Shown here in pieces: positions 1-10,533 of a DNA stretch of 64,000 bases; the stretch's first letter is position 1, and every line of letters begins with the position of its first letter. The DNA is from an uncultured Eubacteriales bacterium (GTDB taxonomy: Bacteria > Bacillota > Clostridia > Oscillospirales > UBA644). The notes under the pieces were generated by a model. That model was not told the origin of the DNA and made no database searches. It saw only the letters and a list, made by a program, of their open reading frames with translations. A program made the position numbers and the translations under genes. Location: positions 87,894-151,893 of the forward strand of contig CABKLX010000007.1 of the NCBI GenBank assembly GCA_902373415.1, written 5' to 3'.

Positions 1-99
1 TAGCCGTTTCCGCAATGCTCCGCGAGGTCTATCAGAACTCTCAGCGCGTAACGCCCTCTCGTCGATATCATCATATTGAAACGAACTCCTTAAAAATCG

Positions 100-1059
100 T
101 TATTCCGCGAAAAGCGGGGTCGAAAGGTATCTGTCGCCCGTGTCGGGAAGCAGAACGACGATCGTTTTCCCTTCATTCTCGGGACGTTTCGCAAGTTCGA
201 TCGCCGCGAATGCCGCCGCGCCCGAGGAAATTCCGACAAGAACGCCTTCTTTTCTTCCGATCTGACGGACTGTCTCAAACGCCGCTTCGTTTTCAACGGG
301 GATTATCTCGTCGTATATTTTCGTGTTCAGCACGTCGGGCACAAACCCCGCGCCGATACCCTGTATCTTATGCGCGCCAGCAACGCCCGTTGAAAGGACC
401 GCGGAGGTCTTCGGCTCAACCGCGACCACTTTGATGTTCGGATTTTTTCCTTTCAGATATTCGCCGACGCCCGTTATCGTTCCGCCCGTTCCGACACCCG
501 CGACGAAAATATCGACTTTGCCGTCGGTATCCTCATATATCTCGGGACCGGTTGACGCTCTGTGAACGGCGGGGTTGGCGGGGTTGACGAACTGCCCGGG
601 AATGAAACTGTTCGGGATCTCTTTCGCGAGTTCGTCCGCTTTCGCGATCGCACCTTTCATGCCTTTTTCTCCGGGAGTGAGAACGAGTTCGGCGCCGTAA
701 GCCTTCATAAGCTGTCTTCTTTCAACGGACATCGTTTCGGGCATGACGATTATGATCCGATAGCCTCTTGCGGCGGCGACGCTCGCAAGTCCGATGCCCG
801 TATTGCCCGACGTCGGCTCTATGATGACGGAGCTCTCTTTCAGAAGTCCTTTCTTTTCGGCGTCGTCGATCATTCCCTTTGCGATCCTGTCCTTGACCGA
901 TCCCGCGGGGTTGAAATATTCGAGTTTTGCGACTATCTTCGCTTTAAGACCGTATTCTTTTTCAATATGTGTGAGTTCGAGCAACGGAGTTTTTCCGATA
1001 AGTTCGTCTGCCGAAGCAAAAATTCGTGCCATGTATGTTTCCTTCTTTCTTTTGATCAA
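100..1059 (-). CDS. cysK: cysteine synthase A (O-acetylserine sulfhydrylase, PLP-dependent)
   Basis: 319-aa ORF; N-term [20 protein letters not shown]; PLP-lysine motif SVKDRIA; GNTG glycine loop; full-length CysK/CysM fold-type II architecture. Confidence 0.9.
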   Translation of the reverse strand: MIKRKKETYMARIFASADELIGKTPLLELTHIEKEYGLKAKIVAKLEYFNPAGSVKDRIAKGMIDDAEKKGLLKESSVIIEPTSGNTGIGLASVAAARGYRIIIVMPETMSVERRQLMKAYGAELVLTPGEKGMKGAIAKADELAKEIPNSFIPGQFVNPANPAVHRASTGPEIYEDTDGKVDIFVAGVGTGGTITGVGEYLKGKNPNIKVVAVEPKTSAVLSTGVAGAHKIQGIGAGFVPDVLNTKIYDEIIPVENEAAFETVRQIGRKEGVLVGISSGAAAFAAIELAKRPENEGKTIVVLLPDTGDRYLSTPLFAE

Positions 1060-1067
1060 CTGTTAAT

Positions 1068-2378
1068 TCATTGTTCAACCGCGGAAAACGCTTCGTCGAG
1101 CGCCGCGATAAGATCTTTCACGTTTTCAGTGCCTATCGAAAGCCTGATCGTGTTCGGTTTTATTCCCTGATCGAGAAGTTCTTCTTCCGTCAACTGGGAG
1201 TGTGTCGTGCTTGCGGGATGTATAACGAGCGATTTGACGTCCGCCACATTCGCAAGGAGCGAGAACACCGCGAGATTGTCGATGAATTTCTGCGCTTCCT
1301 TCGCTCCGCCTTTGATCTCAAACGTAAAGATCGAACCGCCGCCGTTCGGGAAATATTTTTCATAAAGCGCGTGGGTCGGCTCGGAAGCGAGCGACGGATG
1401 GTGAACGGCTTCGACCTTCGGATGCGAAGCGAGATATTCGACGATCTTCAACGTGTTTGAAACGTGCCTTTCAACACGGAGCGAAAGCGTTTCAAGCCCC
1501 TGAAGGAACAGGAACGCATGGAACGGCGAAAGCGTTGATCCCGTGTCTCTGAGCAGTATCGCTCTGATATATGTTGCGAACGCCGCAGGTCCTACCGCAT
1601 CCGAGAAGGAGATCCCGTGATAACTCGGGTTCGCGTCGGAGATCCACGGATATTTGCCCGATTTCTTCCAATCGAACGAACCGCCGTCAACGATAACGCC
1701 GCCGATCGCCGTTCCGTGTCCGCCGATGAACTTCGTCGCGGAATGAATGACGATGTCCGCGCCGTGCTCGATCGGTCTGATGAGGTACGGGGTCGCGAAC
1801 GTCGAGTCAACGACGAGGGGAATGCCGTGTCTGTGCGCGATCTGCGCGATCCCCTCGATGTCCGAAACGTCCGAGTTCGGGTTGCCGAGAGTTTCGATGT
1901 AAAGTGCTTTCGTTTCGGGTCTGATCGCTTGCTCTATCTCGTCGGGGTCGTGCGGATCGACGAACGTCGCCGTTATACCCGAAGAGAGGGGAAGCGTGTG
2001 CGCGAGAAGATTGTATGTTCCGCCGTAAATGTTTTTCGAGGAAACGATATGCTCTCCCGCACGGGCAAGAGCGAGGATCGTGTAATTGATCGCCGCCGCC
2101 CCGGAAGCCGTTGCGAGCGCCGCAACGCCGTTTTCAAGCGCCGCGACCCTTTTTTCAAATATGTCGTTTGTCGGGTTCGTCAGTCTTCCGTATATATTGC
2201 CCGCGTCGCGAAGACCGAATCGGTCCGCCGCGTGAGCGCTGTTACGGAAAACGAAGGACGAACTTGCATATATGGGAACGGCTCTCGCATCGGTCGTGGG
2301 GTCGGGAGACTCCTGACCGATATGAAGCTGTTTCGTTTCAAAACTCCAGTTTTTCGGATCTCTTATATTTTCAGACAT
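1068..2378 (-). CDS. metY: O-acetylhomoserine aminocarboxypropyltransferase (sulfhydrylase), Cys/Met-metabolism PLP family
   Basis: 436-aa ORF with MetY-type N-terminus (…QLHIGQESPDPTTDARAVPIYASSSFVF…NPTNDIFEKRVAALENG…) and the PLP-lysine region SATKFIGGHG; directly upstream of and co-directional with cysK. Confidence 0.85.
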   Translation of the reverse strand: MSENIRDPKNWSFETKQLHIGQESPDPTTDARAVPIYASSSFVFRNSAHAADRFGLRDAGNIYGRLTNPTNDIFEKRVAALENGVAALATASGAAAINYTILALARAGEHIVSSKNIYGGTYNLLAHTLPLSSGITATFVDPHDPDEIEQAIRPETKALYIETLGNPNSDVSDIEGIAQIAHRHGIPLVVDSTFATPYLIRPIEHGADIVIHSATKFIGGHGTAIGGVIVDGGSFDWKKSGKYPWISDANPSYHGISFSDAVGPAAFATYIRAILLRDTGSTLSPFHAFLFLQGLETLSLRVERHVSNTLKIVEYLASHPKVEAVHHPSLASEPTHALYEKYFPNGGGSIFTFEIKGGAKEAQKFIDNLAVFSLLANVADVKSLVIHPASTTHSQLTEEELLDQGIKPNTIRLSIGTENVKDLIAALDEAFSAVEQ

Positions 2379-2598
2379 AATATTTCTCCTTGATTTCGGC
2401 AGGTTGACTGCATTTTTTTAATTAAGTTTGTTTCCGCATTTTCCTAATGCGACAGTCAACAGCACATTCGTGCAAGACTCAACGCCGCGCAGACAGGAAC
2501 GGCGAAGCTCTTTTTGCCGTTTCCGTTTCTTTTGTCGGTCATCTTCGCGCTTCCTTTCTTTGTTTCTGTATTTCCTACCAACCGAGTAGGTTGATGTG

Positions 2599-2627
2599 AT
2601 TATACCACGGTATTTCCGATTTGTCAA
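2599..2627 (-). promoter_or_regulatory. sigma-A type promoter for the metY-cysK operon (minus strand): TTGACA, 17-nt spacer, TGnTATAAT
   Basis: reverse complement reads cTATTGACAaatcggaaataccgtggTATAATcac; consensus -35 and extended -10; about 220 nt upstream of the metY ATG. Confidence 0.6.
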
Positions 2628-2828
2628 TAGGTTTTTCAGTTGTTTACAAAAAATACATATTTTTCCGTCTTCTCCGTTTTACCTCCGCTTTTTCTCCCGT
2701 ATATCCGCCATCTTTGCCCGATCTCGGCTTTCCGTGAAAAATTCACACGTTCATCTTTACTTTTTTATATTCGCGTGTTATAATATATGTAAAAAGACAA
2801 ATCAGAAAAATCACAGAGGTGAAAGCGA

Positions 2829-3548
2829 ATGGCAAAGAAAATTTTCGTCGTTGACGATGAGAAAAATATCCGCGACATCGTCCGTTCCTATCTTGAAAAA
2901 GAGGGCTTTAATGTCCTCGTTTTCGAAAACGGCGAGTCTGCGCTCGAAGAATATCTGCATTCCGCCCCGGATATGCTCGTTATCGATATCATGATGCCGG
3001 GCATGAGCGGACTTGAACTTTGCAATGAGATCAGAAAGCACGCCAATACCCCGATAATCATTGTTTCCGCCCGCGACGAGGAGATCGACAGAATTCTCGG
3101 CATCGAAATGGGCGCCGACGATTATATGATGAAACCCTTCTCGCCGAAGGAACTTGTTGCCCGCATCAAAGCGGTGTTCAGAAGACTTGACGGGATGGGA
3201 GCCGAAAAACCCGACGGACAGTCGATTCGCTGCCGAGATCTCGTCATCTATCCTTCGGAGAGACGCGCCGTCAGATCCAAGGACGGAAAAGAGACCGATA
3301 TTTCGTTCACCGCGATGGAGTTCGATTTCCTCAACTTCATGATCTCGAACAAGAACCGCGTGTTCACCCGCGATCAGCTTCTCAAAAATATTTGGGATTA
3401 TCAGTATATCGGCGACACCCGCGCTGTCGATGACCTTGTCAAGAGGATCAGAAAGAAACTCGACGCGAACGAGACCGATTTCTGCATCGACACCGTTTGG
3501 GGCTACGGCTACAAAGTGACGGATTATACCGACAGAAACGATGGCTAA
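2829..3548 (+). CDS. OmpR-family response regulator (receiver + winged-helix DNA-binding domain)
   Basis: 239 aa; N-term KIFVVDDEKNIRDIV with receiver Asp; C-terminal winged helix (…RVFTRDQLLKNIWDY…GYGYK…); RBS gaGGtGaaagcgaATG. Confidence 0.9.
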   Translation: MAKKIFVVDDEKNIRDIVRSYLEKEGFNVLVFENGESALEEYLHSAPDMLVIDIMMPGMSGLELCNEIRKHANTPIIIVSARDEEIDRILGIEMGADDYMMKPFSPKELVARIKAVFRRLDGMGAEKPDGQSIRCRDLVIYPSERRAVRSKDGKETDISFTAMEFDFLNFMISNKNRVFTRDQLLKNIWDYQYIGDTRAVDDLVKRIRKKLDANETDFCIDTVWGYGYKVTDYTDRNDG

Positions 3549-4950
3549 ACGAAAAATAAGAATAAGCATACGCAGGAAAATGGCTTTTTCCTATATTATG
3601 CTTGTTCTTCTCGTCGCCCTTATCTCCGTCGGCTTCATGCTCGTTTTTCTTGACGGATATGTCGTGAGCCGCGAGCGCGAAAGCCTCGAACGCACGGCAA
3701 ATCAGATAAGGGAGTTGAAATTCCGAAATCTTTACGATCCCGGAAGCTCCGACATAGACGCTCTGACTTCGATCGCCTCCGATCGGAACTATTCGGTCGT
3801 TATCCTGAATTCGGATCTGAAATATATCGACAGCATAAACGCCGATTCCCTGATTTCCTTCAACGATTCGGAAGATAAATTCATTTCCTCCGTGATCAGA
3901 AACGATCTCGGGAGCGGAACCGCGTCCGTCGCCGAAAAGGGAAGAGTCCGATTTCTTGTCAGCAGCGTCGGGGTCGAAGATTCGCTGAGGGATTCATATT
4001 ATATCGTCCTTGCCACGCCTGTCACGAATTTCGGCTTCGGAAGCAATTTTTTCAGATTTTATCTGCTTTCGATCCTCTTCGCTTCCGTGTTCGCGCTGTT
4101 GCTCTCGGAAGTCCTTTCGGATAAGATGACATCGGATATAAAGAGACTCAAATACCGCGCCGAACTTCTTGCCGAGCGTAAATTCGACGTCGATGTGCCG
4201 ATCCGTTCAAACGATGAGGTCGGAGAACTTGCGGAGTCTATCGACAAGATGGCGGACAGCATACGGGAATATGACAACAATCAGAAAATATTCCTTCAAA
4301 ACGCTTCGCACGAGTTGCGTACGCCGCTGATGTCGATCCGCGGTTATGTCGAAGGCATAAAAGACGGAGTGTTCACGGACACCGATTATGCCTATGACAT
4401 GATCCTTTCCGAAACATCGCGTCTCGAAAAACTTGTCAATGAAGTTATGTATCTTTCAAAGATTGAGACGGCGGACGGAATGATAAAACTCGTTCCGGTC
4501 GAACTCAGCGATATAATGAGCGAGACGGAAGAACGTGTTCACGGCGTTTTCGATAACAGCGACGTGAAACTCACCGTTGCGGATATTCCGAAAATCGAAA
4601 TGAACGCGGACTGCGACAATCTTTCGACCGCGTTGACAAATATCATAACGAACTGTCTGCGCTACGCAAAGAGCGAGATCAAGATCGAATTTATCGTTTC
4701 CGAAAAACTCATCGTCCGCATTTCCGACGACGGAAACGGTATAAACGAAGCCGATCTTCCGTTTATTTTCAAGCGTTTTTACAAGGGACAGAAGGGCAAA
4801 TACGGACTCGGTCTCGCGATCGCAAAAGCCGTTGCCGAGGCGCACGACGGTTCCGTCCGCGCGTATAACAAGCAACAGTTCCCCGAAAATTTCGGAGAAA
4901 ACGTGACCGGCGCCGTTTTCGACATCGCGCTTCCTTATATTCCCTCTTAA
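3541..4950 (+). CDS. sensor histidine kinase (TM + HAMP + HisKA + HATPase_c)
   Basis: 469 aa; overlaps the regulator stop by 8 nt; two TM segments; H-box FLQNASHELRTPLMSIRGY; C-terminal ATPase G-boxes (…DDGNGI…GLGLAIAK…). Confidence 0.9.
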   Translation: MAKRKIRISIRRKMAFSYIMLVLLVALISVGFMLVFLDGYVVSRERESLERTANQIRELKFRNLYDPGSSDIDALTSIASDRNYSVVILNSDLKYIDSINADSLISFNDSEDKFISSVIRNDLGSGTASVAEKGRVRFLVSSVGVEDSLRDSYYIVLATPVTNFGFGSNFFRFYLLSILFASVFALLLSEVLSDKMTSDIKRLKYRAELLAERKFDVDVPIRSNDEVGELAESIDKMADSIREYDNNQKIFLQNASHELRTPLMSIRGYVEGIKDGVFTDTDYAYDMILSETSRLEKLVNEVMYLSKIETADGMIKLVPVELSDIMSETEERVHGVFDNSDVKLTVADIPKIEMNADCDNLSTALTNIITNCLRYAKSEIKIEFIVSEKLIVRISDDGNGINEADLPFIFKRFYKGQKGKYGLGLAIAKAVAEAHDGSVRAYNKQQFPENFGENVTGAVFDIALPYIPS

Positions 4951-4990
4951 CAGCCGCCGCACAGGGTTAAATAGGATAAATAACGTATTT

Positions 4991-5027
4991 CATCTCCGCA
5001 TAGAATATATGCGGAGATGATCTTTTT
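4991..5027 (+). terminator. rho-independent terminator after the histidine kinase gene
   Basis: stem catctccgcata / tatgcggagatg followed by a T-run (tcttttt); overlaps the first ATG of the next ORF, so that gene may really start at the downstream TTG. Confidence 0.6.
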
Positions 5028-5622
5028 GAAAAAAAAACTGCTTTTTCTCGCCGTCGCATCTCTCTTTTTCCTCGGCGGTTGCGGGATCGACGGATCGGGA
5101 AACGGGAATTTGATATATATCGAATATAAAGGCGCTCTTTACTGTCCCGCGCCCGAAGGCTGGGAAGCCTGCGGCGAAGGGACGGAGATCTCTGCGAAAG
5201 CGGGCTACGGAAGAAAAAGCAAAAAACGGAAATGTTCGGCGGTTTCTTTCGGAGACGGGACTTTTCTCGTATACAGCCACGCAGACACGGAAACGCTTCT
5301 TTGCCGATGCGACTGCGACCTTCCGACAGACGCCGACGCAAACGAGGACAGCGGGATTCTTCTGCGGGTGGGCGACGAGGATATACTTCTCGATCCCGAA
5401 AGCGCGGGAAATCTGCTCGGATGCCTCTGCCCCGAAAGACTGACGGAACAGCCGGAGACCGTTTCCGACATAGGACTCGTTTTCGCCGTTTTCCCTTCCG
5501 TCGGCGCGATGAAACTTCTCGGCGTCGTGCGGAGCCTGAGCGACGGGGGAACCGTTCTTTGCCGCGACGGGAGATCGGGTTATCTGCTCCCCGACGGTTT
5601 TTCGGTTGACAAACTGCGATAG
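5017..5622 (+). CDS. hypothetical lipoprotein
   Basis: 201 aa; signal peptide + lipobox LFFLGGCG; start uncertain (ATG at 5017 lies inside the terminator stem; TTG at ~5026 is an alternative). Confidence 0.55.
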   Translation: MIFLKKKLLFLAVASLFFLGGCGIDGSGNGNLIYIEYKGALYCPAPEGWEACGEGTEISAKAGYGRKSKKRKCSAVSFGDGTFLVYSHADTETLLCRCDCDLPTDADANEDSGILLRVGDEDILLDPESAGNLLGCLCPERLTEQPETVSDIGLVFAVFPSVGAMKLLGVVRSLSDGGTVLCRDGRSGYLLPDGFSVDKLR

Positions 5623-5657
5623 TTGTGATATTATAAAACGGAAAGGGGAGTGCCGCG

Positions 5658-6377
5658 ATGAGAAAAAAACTGCTTGCGACGATCGGACTGTGCGTATGCA
5701 CGGCGTTCTCTTTTTGCGCGTGCGGACTGCTCGGAAAAGAACCGGAACCCACGACTCCGCCTTCGGTGAATAACGGTCTGTCCGCGTCCGTCAAGGTCGG
5801 AAACAAAACGTATTTTTCCGTTGACGGCAGAGGCTTTGCCGAAGATTTTCCGACGGAGGATGTCCTCGACGGAGAAGGACGGGCGGTCAGGGCTGTCGAT
5901 TATCTTCTTTACGGAAAAGAGAAACGGCTGATCGAGGGTTACAGCGAGTATGAATATGACGAAGCCGGCAACATCAAGGTTCGGATAAAGTACGATACTC
6001 TCGGAAATTTTGTTGCGGAATACCGTTACGAGACGGATGAAAAGTTCGGAAAGCCCTCGGAAATATCCGTTTATAACAGCGACGGGGGACTTGAAAGCCG
6101 AACCGAATATACATATGTGCGCGTCATCACTCCCAATCGCGACCCGGGGTATGTTTACACCGAAAAAACCGTGACGGAATACGACGGACAGGGCGCTCTT
6201 ATCGGCACCTGCGAATACGAGTATTATGAGCAGTCCGACGGAAGTCCGAAAACGAAAACATACCGCGACGCTGACGGAAACATAACGATCTCATACGATT
6301 TTGACGAGACGGGAGATTATTCGTATCTTCATATATACGAGAACGGCGAAGAGGTCGAAACGAAAAAAATAGGGTAG
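5658..6377 (+). CDS. hypothetical lipoprotein with YD-like repeats
   Basis: 239 aa; lipobox FSFCACG; RBS aaGGGGAGtgccgcgATG; repeated xYxYDxxGN motifs (EYEYDEAGNIKV, YRYETDEKFG, YEYYEQSDG, YRDADGNITISYDFDETGDY). Confidence 0.65.
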   Translation: MRKKLLATIGLCVCTAFSFCACGLLGKEPEPTTPPSVNNGLSASVKVGNKTYFSVDGRGFAEDFPTEDVLDGEGRAVRAVDYLLYGKEKRLIEGYSEYEYDEAGNIKVRIKYDTLGNFVAEYRYETDEKFGKPSEISVYNSDGGLESRTEYTYVRVITPNRDPGYVYTEKTVTEYDGQGALIGTCEYEYYEQSDGSPKTKTYRDADGNITISYDFDETGDYSYLHIYENGEEVETKKIG

Positions 6378-6445
6378 TATTGAAAAATGAACGGCGGTGA
6401 AGACTTTCGGTCTTCGCCGCCGTTGTATTTTTCTTTTCAAGTCTT

Positions 6446-7210
6446 TTATTTCGCCGCCGCGACGATGATACCGAAGTCTGCTGATTTCAGCGACGCGCCG
6501 CCGATAAGTCCGCCGTCAACGTTGACCTTCGAGAGCAGTTCCGCGGCGTTTTTGGCGTTCATGGAGCCGCCGTACTGGATGGTTATCGCCTGTGCCGTCT
6601 CGTCGCCGTAAAGGTCGGCGAGCGTCTTTCTGATAACTCCGTTGCCCGCATCCGCTTCGTCGGCAGTCGCCGTTCTGCCCGTACCGATCGCCCATACGGG
6701 TTCATACGCGATAACGATCTTTCTCGCGTCTTCCGCTCCGACGCCGTCGAGAGCGTATCTTGTCTGCGTCGTGAGTACGATGTCCGTCGCTCCGCTGTCG
6801 CGCTCTTCGAGTTTTTCGCCGACGCAGAGGATCGGTTTCAGTCCCGCCGCAAGCGCCGCTTTGACTTTGAGGTTGACGGTCATGTCGGTCTCCGCGAAGT
6901 ACTGTCTTCTCTCGCTGTGTCCGATCACGACGTATTCAACACCGAGATCGCGGAGCATGGTCGCGCTGATCTCGCCCGTATAAGCGCCGCTTTCTTTCCA
7001 ATGCAGGTTTTCCGCTCCGACATGGATATTCGAGCCTTTTGCGGCTTCGATCGCGTTCTGAAGATCCACGAAAGGAACGCAGATAACGACTTCGCAATCC
7101 GCGTCTTTAACGACGGGGATCAGTTCTTTTACGAATTCCGTGGTCTCGGACGGAGTTTTGTTCATTTTCCAGTTTCCCGCGATCACGGCTTTTCTTTTCG
7201 CTTTGTTCAT
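6446..7210 (-). CDS. tpiA: triose-phosphate isomerase
   Basis: 254 aa; VIAGNWKMNKT N-terminus, catalytic His (VVIGHSERR) and Glu (AYEPVWAIGTG) motifs. Confidence 0.95.
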   Translation of the reverse strand: MNKAKRKAVIAGNWKMNKTPSETTEFVKELIPVVKDADCEVVICVPFVDLQNAIEAAKGSNIHVGAENLHWKESGAYTGEISATMLRDLGVEYVVIGHSERRQYFAETDMTVNLKVKAALAAGLKPILCVGEKLEERDSGATDIVLTTQTRYALDGVGAEDARKIVIAYEPVWAIGTGRTATADEADAGNGVIRKTLADLYGDETAQAITIQYGGSMNAKNAAELLSKVNVDGGLIGGASLKSADFGIIVAAAK

Positions 7211-7280
7211 TGTATTTTTCCCCTTTTTTTATCATGAAAGGGGATGACCGCGCATCCCCTCTCTTCGAGTTTTTTATGAT

Positions 7281-8468
7281 TTATTTGTCAAGCAGGCACG
7301 CGATACCCGGAAGTTCTTTTCCTTCGAGGAATTCAAGGGACGCGCCGCCGCCGGTCGAAATGTGCGTCATCTTGTCCGCGAAGCCGAGTTTTTCGACCGC
7401 CGCCGCGGAGTCTCCGCCGCCGATGATCGAAACCGCTCCGCTGTCGGCAACCGCCTGAGCAACAGCCTCGGTGCCCGCCGCGAAGTTGGGCCATTCGGAA
7501 ACGCCCATGGGACCGTTCCAGACAACGGTACCCGCGCCGCTGATGGATTTCGCGAAGAGTTCTCTCGTAACGGGTCCTATATCAAGTCCCATCCAGCCTG
7601 CGGGAATGGAATCGGAATATATCGTCATGTGGATCGCGTCTTTGTCGTATGCGCGCGCGATCTCGTTGTCAACGGGAATAAGGAAGTTGACGCCTTTCTC
7701 CTCCGCCTTGTTGAGAAGGTCAAGCGCAAGATCGAGTTTGTCGGACTCGCAGAGCGAGGTTCCGATATTGTTGCCGAGCGCTTTGAAGAAGGTGTAAGCC
7801 ATTCCGCCGCCGACGATTATCGTGTCCGCCTTGTCGAGCAGGTTAGTGATGACCCCGATCTTGTCGGAAACCTTCGCACCGCCGAGAATGGCGACGAACG
7901 GTCTCTTCGGGTCGGAAAGCGCTCCGCCCATGATGCGGATCTCTTTTTCGATCAGGTAGCCGCATACCGCGGGAAGATAATGGGAAACGCCCTCGGTGGA
8001 AGCGTGCGCTCTGTGCGCCGTTCCGAACGCGTCGTTGACATAGATCTCAGCCATCGAAGCGAGTTCTTTCGCAAACTCGGGATCGTTCTTTTCCTCTTCC
8101 TTGTGGAAGCGGACGTTTTCGATGAGGAGAACGTCGCCCTCTTTGAGAGCGGCCGCTTTCGCTTTCGCGTCTTCTCCGATGACATCCTTCGCAAGCTCGA
8201 CTTTTTTGCCGAGAAGTTCGGAAAGTTTCGCCGCAACGGGAGCAAGCGAATATTTCATGTTGAACTCGCCCTTCGGTCTGCCCAGGTGCGAGCAAAGGAT
8301 AACTTTCGCATTGTGCGCGATGAGGTATTTGATCGTAGGAAGCGCCTCGACTATTCTCTTCGGGTCCGTTATAACGTCTCCGTCAAGGGGTACGTTGAAA
8401 TCGCATCTTACGAGTACTTTTTTGCCGTTAACATCAATGTCTTCTACGCTTTTTTTGTTGTAGTTCAT
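7281..8468 (-). CDS. pgk: phosphoglycerate kinase
   Basis: 395 aa; [13 protein letters not shown]…[12 protein letters not shown]-domain motifs; full-length PGK. Confidence 0.95.
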   Translation of the reverse strand: MNYNKKSVEDIDVNGKKVLVRCDFNVPLDGDVITDPKRIVEALPTIKYLIAHNAKVILCSHLGRPKGEFNMKYSLAPVAAKLSELLGKKVELAKDVIGEDAKAKAAALKEGDVLLIENVRFHKEEEKNDPEFAKELASMAEIYVNDAFGTAHRAHASTEGVSHYLPAVCGYLIEKEIRIMGGALSDPKRPFVAILGGAKVSDKIGVITNLLDKADTIIVGGGMAYTFFKALGNNIGTSLCESDKLDLALDLLNKAEEKGVNFLIPVDNEIARAYDKDAIHMTIYSDSIPAGWMGLDIGPVTRELFAKSISGAGTVVWNGPMGVSEWPNFAAGTEAVAQAVADSGAVSIIGGGDSAAAVEKLGFADKMTHISTGGGASLEFLEGKELPGIACLLDK

Positions 8469-8675
8469 ACAATTTCTCCCTTTTATATATATCAGTATTT
8501 TTTTTACGCATTAGGCAATATTAACAATTATGGGTAACAGTATTTTATACTAAAAAACGGTGAAATTCAATACAATTGCTATTTTTTTAACAATAAATTC
8601 GTTTTCGCCGCTTTTTTTCGGCGTATATCCCCCGTATTTCGGCATTTTTCGACCGTTTCCGCGCTTTTCTTCGGT

Positions 8676-8716
8676 TCTTCGGCGCGCTGAAAAAACGCGT
8701 CGGAACCGAAGTTCCG
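8676..8716 (-). terminator. rho-independent terminator downstream of the cytidylate-kinase-like gene (minus strand)
   Basis: perfect palindrome acgcgtcggaac cgaa gttccgacgcgt; on the minus strand it is followed by TTTTT. Confidence 0.6.
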
Positions 8717-8741
8717 ACGCGTTCAATGCTCAAAAAAAGTC

Positions 8742-9365
8742 TTATCTGAGTTCTATGTACTTTTCGATCAGTTCGACGCAATTGTCGATGCCGAATTTGG
8801 AAACGTTGATACAGAGGTCGTAATGCGACGCTTCGCCCCAACGCTGATTTGTTCTGTATTCATAATAGTTGCTGCGCTTCTTGTCGGTCTTTCTGATTAT
8901 GTCCGAGACCTTTTTCGGATCGCATCCGTAAAGGTTGACGGCTCTGTCTTCTCTGAACGCCTCGTCGGCGGTCAGAAATACGCTGACGGTGTCCTTTCTG
9001 TCCCTCAGAATAAAGTCCGCGCATCTTCCGACGATGACGCAACTGCCCTTTTCGGCAAGTTCTTCTATGAGTCCCGCCTGTATCTGGTAGACCTTGTCGT
9101 TGATCGGAAGCACGGTCTCTCCCCAATACGGCGAGCCGCCGTCCATGCCGTAAGCCCCGACCGCAAGGCTGTAAAGCAGACTGTTCGTCGGCTTTTCGTC
9201 AACGCTCTCGAAGACCTTTTCGGACATCCCGTGTTTTTTCGCGGCAAGCGTTATCAACTCTTTGTCGTAAAATTCCGCACCGGTCTTTTCGGCGAGTTTC
9301 TTCCCGATCTCTCTTCCTCCGCTGCCGTACTGTCTTCCGATAGTGACGACAAATTTCTTTCCCAT
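8742..9365 (-). CDS. cytidylate kinase-like family protein (P-loop NMP-kinase fold)
   Basis: start placed at MGKKFVVTIGRQYGSGGREIG (P-loop) with RBS GGAGGTGtgtttATG; the ORF track extends 32 codons further upstream without an RBS. Confidence 0.75.
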   Translation of the reverse strand: MGKKFVVTIGRQYGSGGREIGKKLAEKTGAEFYDKELITLAAKKHGMSEKVFESVDEKPTNSLLYSLAVGAYGMDGGSPYWGETVLPINDKVYQIQAGLIEELAEKGSCVIVGRCADFILRDRKDTVSVFLTADEAFREDRAVNLYGCDPKKVSDIIRKTDKKRSNYYEYRTNQRWGEASHYDLCINVSKFGIDNCVELIEKYIELR

Positions 9366-9432
9366 AAACACACCTCCGAAAAGATTTCTTGACTGAAAAA
9401 GCGCCCCTTGTGCTTTCCCGTCTTCCGTTATT

Positions 9433-9461
9433 ATTTTATCATATCGGCGCGGGAATGTCAA
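9433..9461 (-). promoter_or_regulatory. sigma-A type promoter (TTGACA-17-TAAAAT) for the cytidylate-kinase-like gene
   Basis: reverse complement reads gcgcTTGACAttcccgcgccgatatgaTAAAATaat. Confidence 0.45.
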
Positions 9462-9717
9462 GCGCGGCGGCGGGGCTTTTTTTATTCCCGCTCGGTTTTT
9501 TTACGGGTTTCGTCTCCGCTTTTTTTATCCGTCCGATACCGTGCCGTGAAAAGCGCTCCGTTTTCGCGGAGCAGCGCGAGGGCGTTTGTCGGAGCGTATC
9601 TGAAAATATCCGTTGCCGAAGGCGGGAGGCTTTTTGCGGAATAATCCGCGGGATCGGCGGATCTGTTCACCCCGTCGGTTCCGTCGGAAAAGATCTCTTC
9701 GCCGCAGATCGTCCATA

Positions 9718-10389
9718 TCAGCATCTCTGCGCCCCCGCGTCTATCATTTCATTCAGTTTTTTCATCGCGTCTTTCAGCCCTCCGAGCGCGTCGATGATCC
9801 CCGTCTCAACCGCTTCTTTTCCGTCAAGAAGCGTTCCGACGTCGGTCATCAGTCCTCCCGTCGCGGTCATGAGCCTTCTGTATTCCTCCGCCGAGATCTT
9901 CGAGTTGTCCGCGACAAAGCGTATTATGCGCTCCTGTATCCTGTCGAAGTATGCGAAGGTCTGAGGAACGCCGACGACCATGCCGTTCAGCCGCACGGGA
10001 TGGACCGTCATCGTCGCGCTCGGAGCGATGAACGAATATTTTGCGGAAACGGCGAGGGGAACGCCGATGCTGTGTCCTCCGCCGAGAACGAGCGACACGG
10101 TCGGTTTTGACATCGACGCGATCATCTCGCTGATCGCAAGCCCCGCTTCGACGTCTCCTCCGACAGTGTTCAGAAGTATCAGAAGCCCCTTTATATCGGG
10201 CGTTTCCTCGATCGCGACGAGCGCGGGAAGGACGTGTTCGTATTTTGTCGTTTTTGTCTGAGACGAAAGAAGATAATGCCCTTCGATCTGGCCGATAACG
10301 GTCAGACAGTGTATCCTGTCGATATTGACCGATCCGAAATCTCTTATCCTCTCCGCCTGTTCGTTGAGTTCCTCGTTTTCCTTTGCCAT
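9718..10389 (-). CDS. ClpP/TepA-family serine protease homologue (translocation-enhancing protein TepA-like)
   Basis: 223 aa; ClpP/crotonase fold region [22 protein letters not shown]…; typical of the Firmicute TepA subfamily. Confidence 0.75.
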   Translation of the reverse strand: MAKENEELNEQAERIRDFGSVNIDRIHCLTVIGQIEGHYLLSSQTKTTKYEHVLPALVAIEETPDIKGLLILLNTVGGDVEAGLAISEMIASMSKPTVSLVLGGGHSIGVPLAVSAKYSFIAPSATMTVHPVRLNGMVVGVPQTFAYFDRIQERIIRFVADNSKISAEEYRRLMTATGGLMTDVGTLLDGKEAVETGIIDALGGLKDAMKKLNEMIDAGAQRC

Positions 10390-10533
10390 AAAAATCCCTC
10401 CACGTTCAGTTTTTCCTGACGTGAAGGGATATATTCCGCTTTTTGTTCTCTTCGTCCGCGATCTCGGGATTTTTTGCCGACAACGGTCGCGCGGTCAAGG
10501 CGTCGGCCATGTTTTTCGTCGGTTTTTTGATTT

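Noticed and set aside
2379-2628. SAM-I (S-box) riboswitch upstream of metY, and an L-box upstream of aspartokinase at 26931-27129
   Set aside because: Looked for the diagnostic S-box (GGAGGGA / GCAACC), L-box (GAGGCGC…) and T-box (GGGTGGNACCGCG) cores on the coding strand of each leader and did not find them.
4967-5806. 279-aa Arg-rich minus-strand ORF overlapping two plus-strand lipoprotein genes
   Set aside because: Extremely basic, repetitive (RRR/RRS) composition typical of antisense translation of GC-rich coding DNA; no RBS.
9482-9724. Possible 80-aa gene between the ClpP/TepA-like gene and the cytidylate-kinase-like gene
   Set aside because: Low-complexity product, overlaps the TepA stop, no RBS; the space is better explained by the cytidylate-kinase-like gene promoter (9433-9461) and leader.
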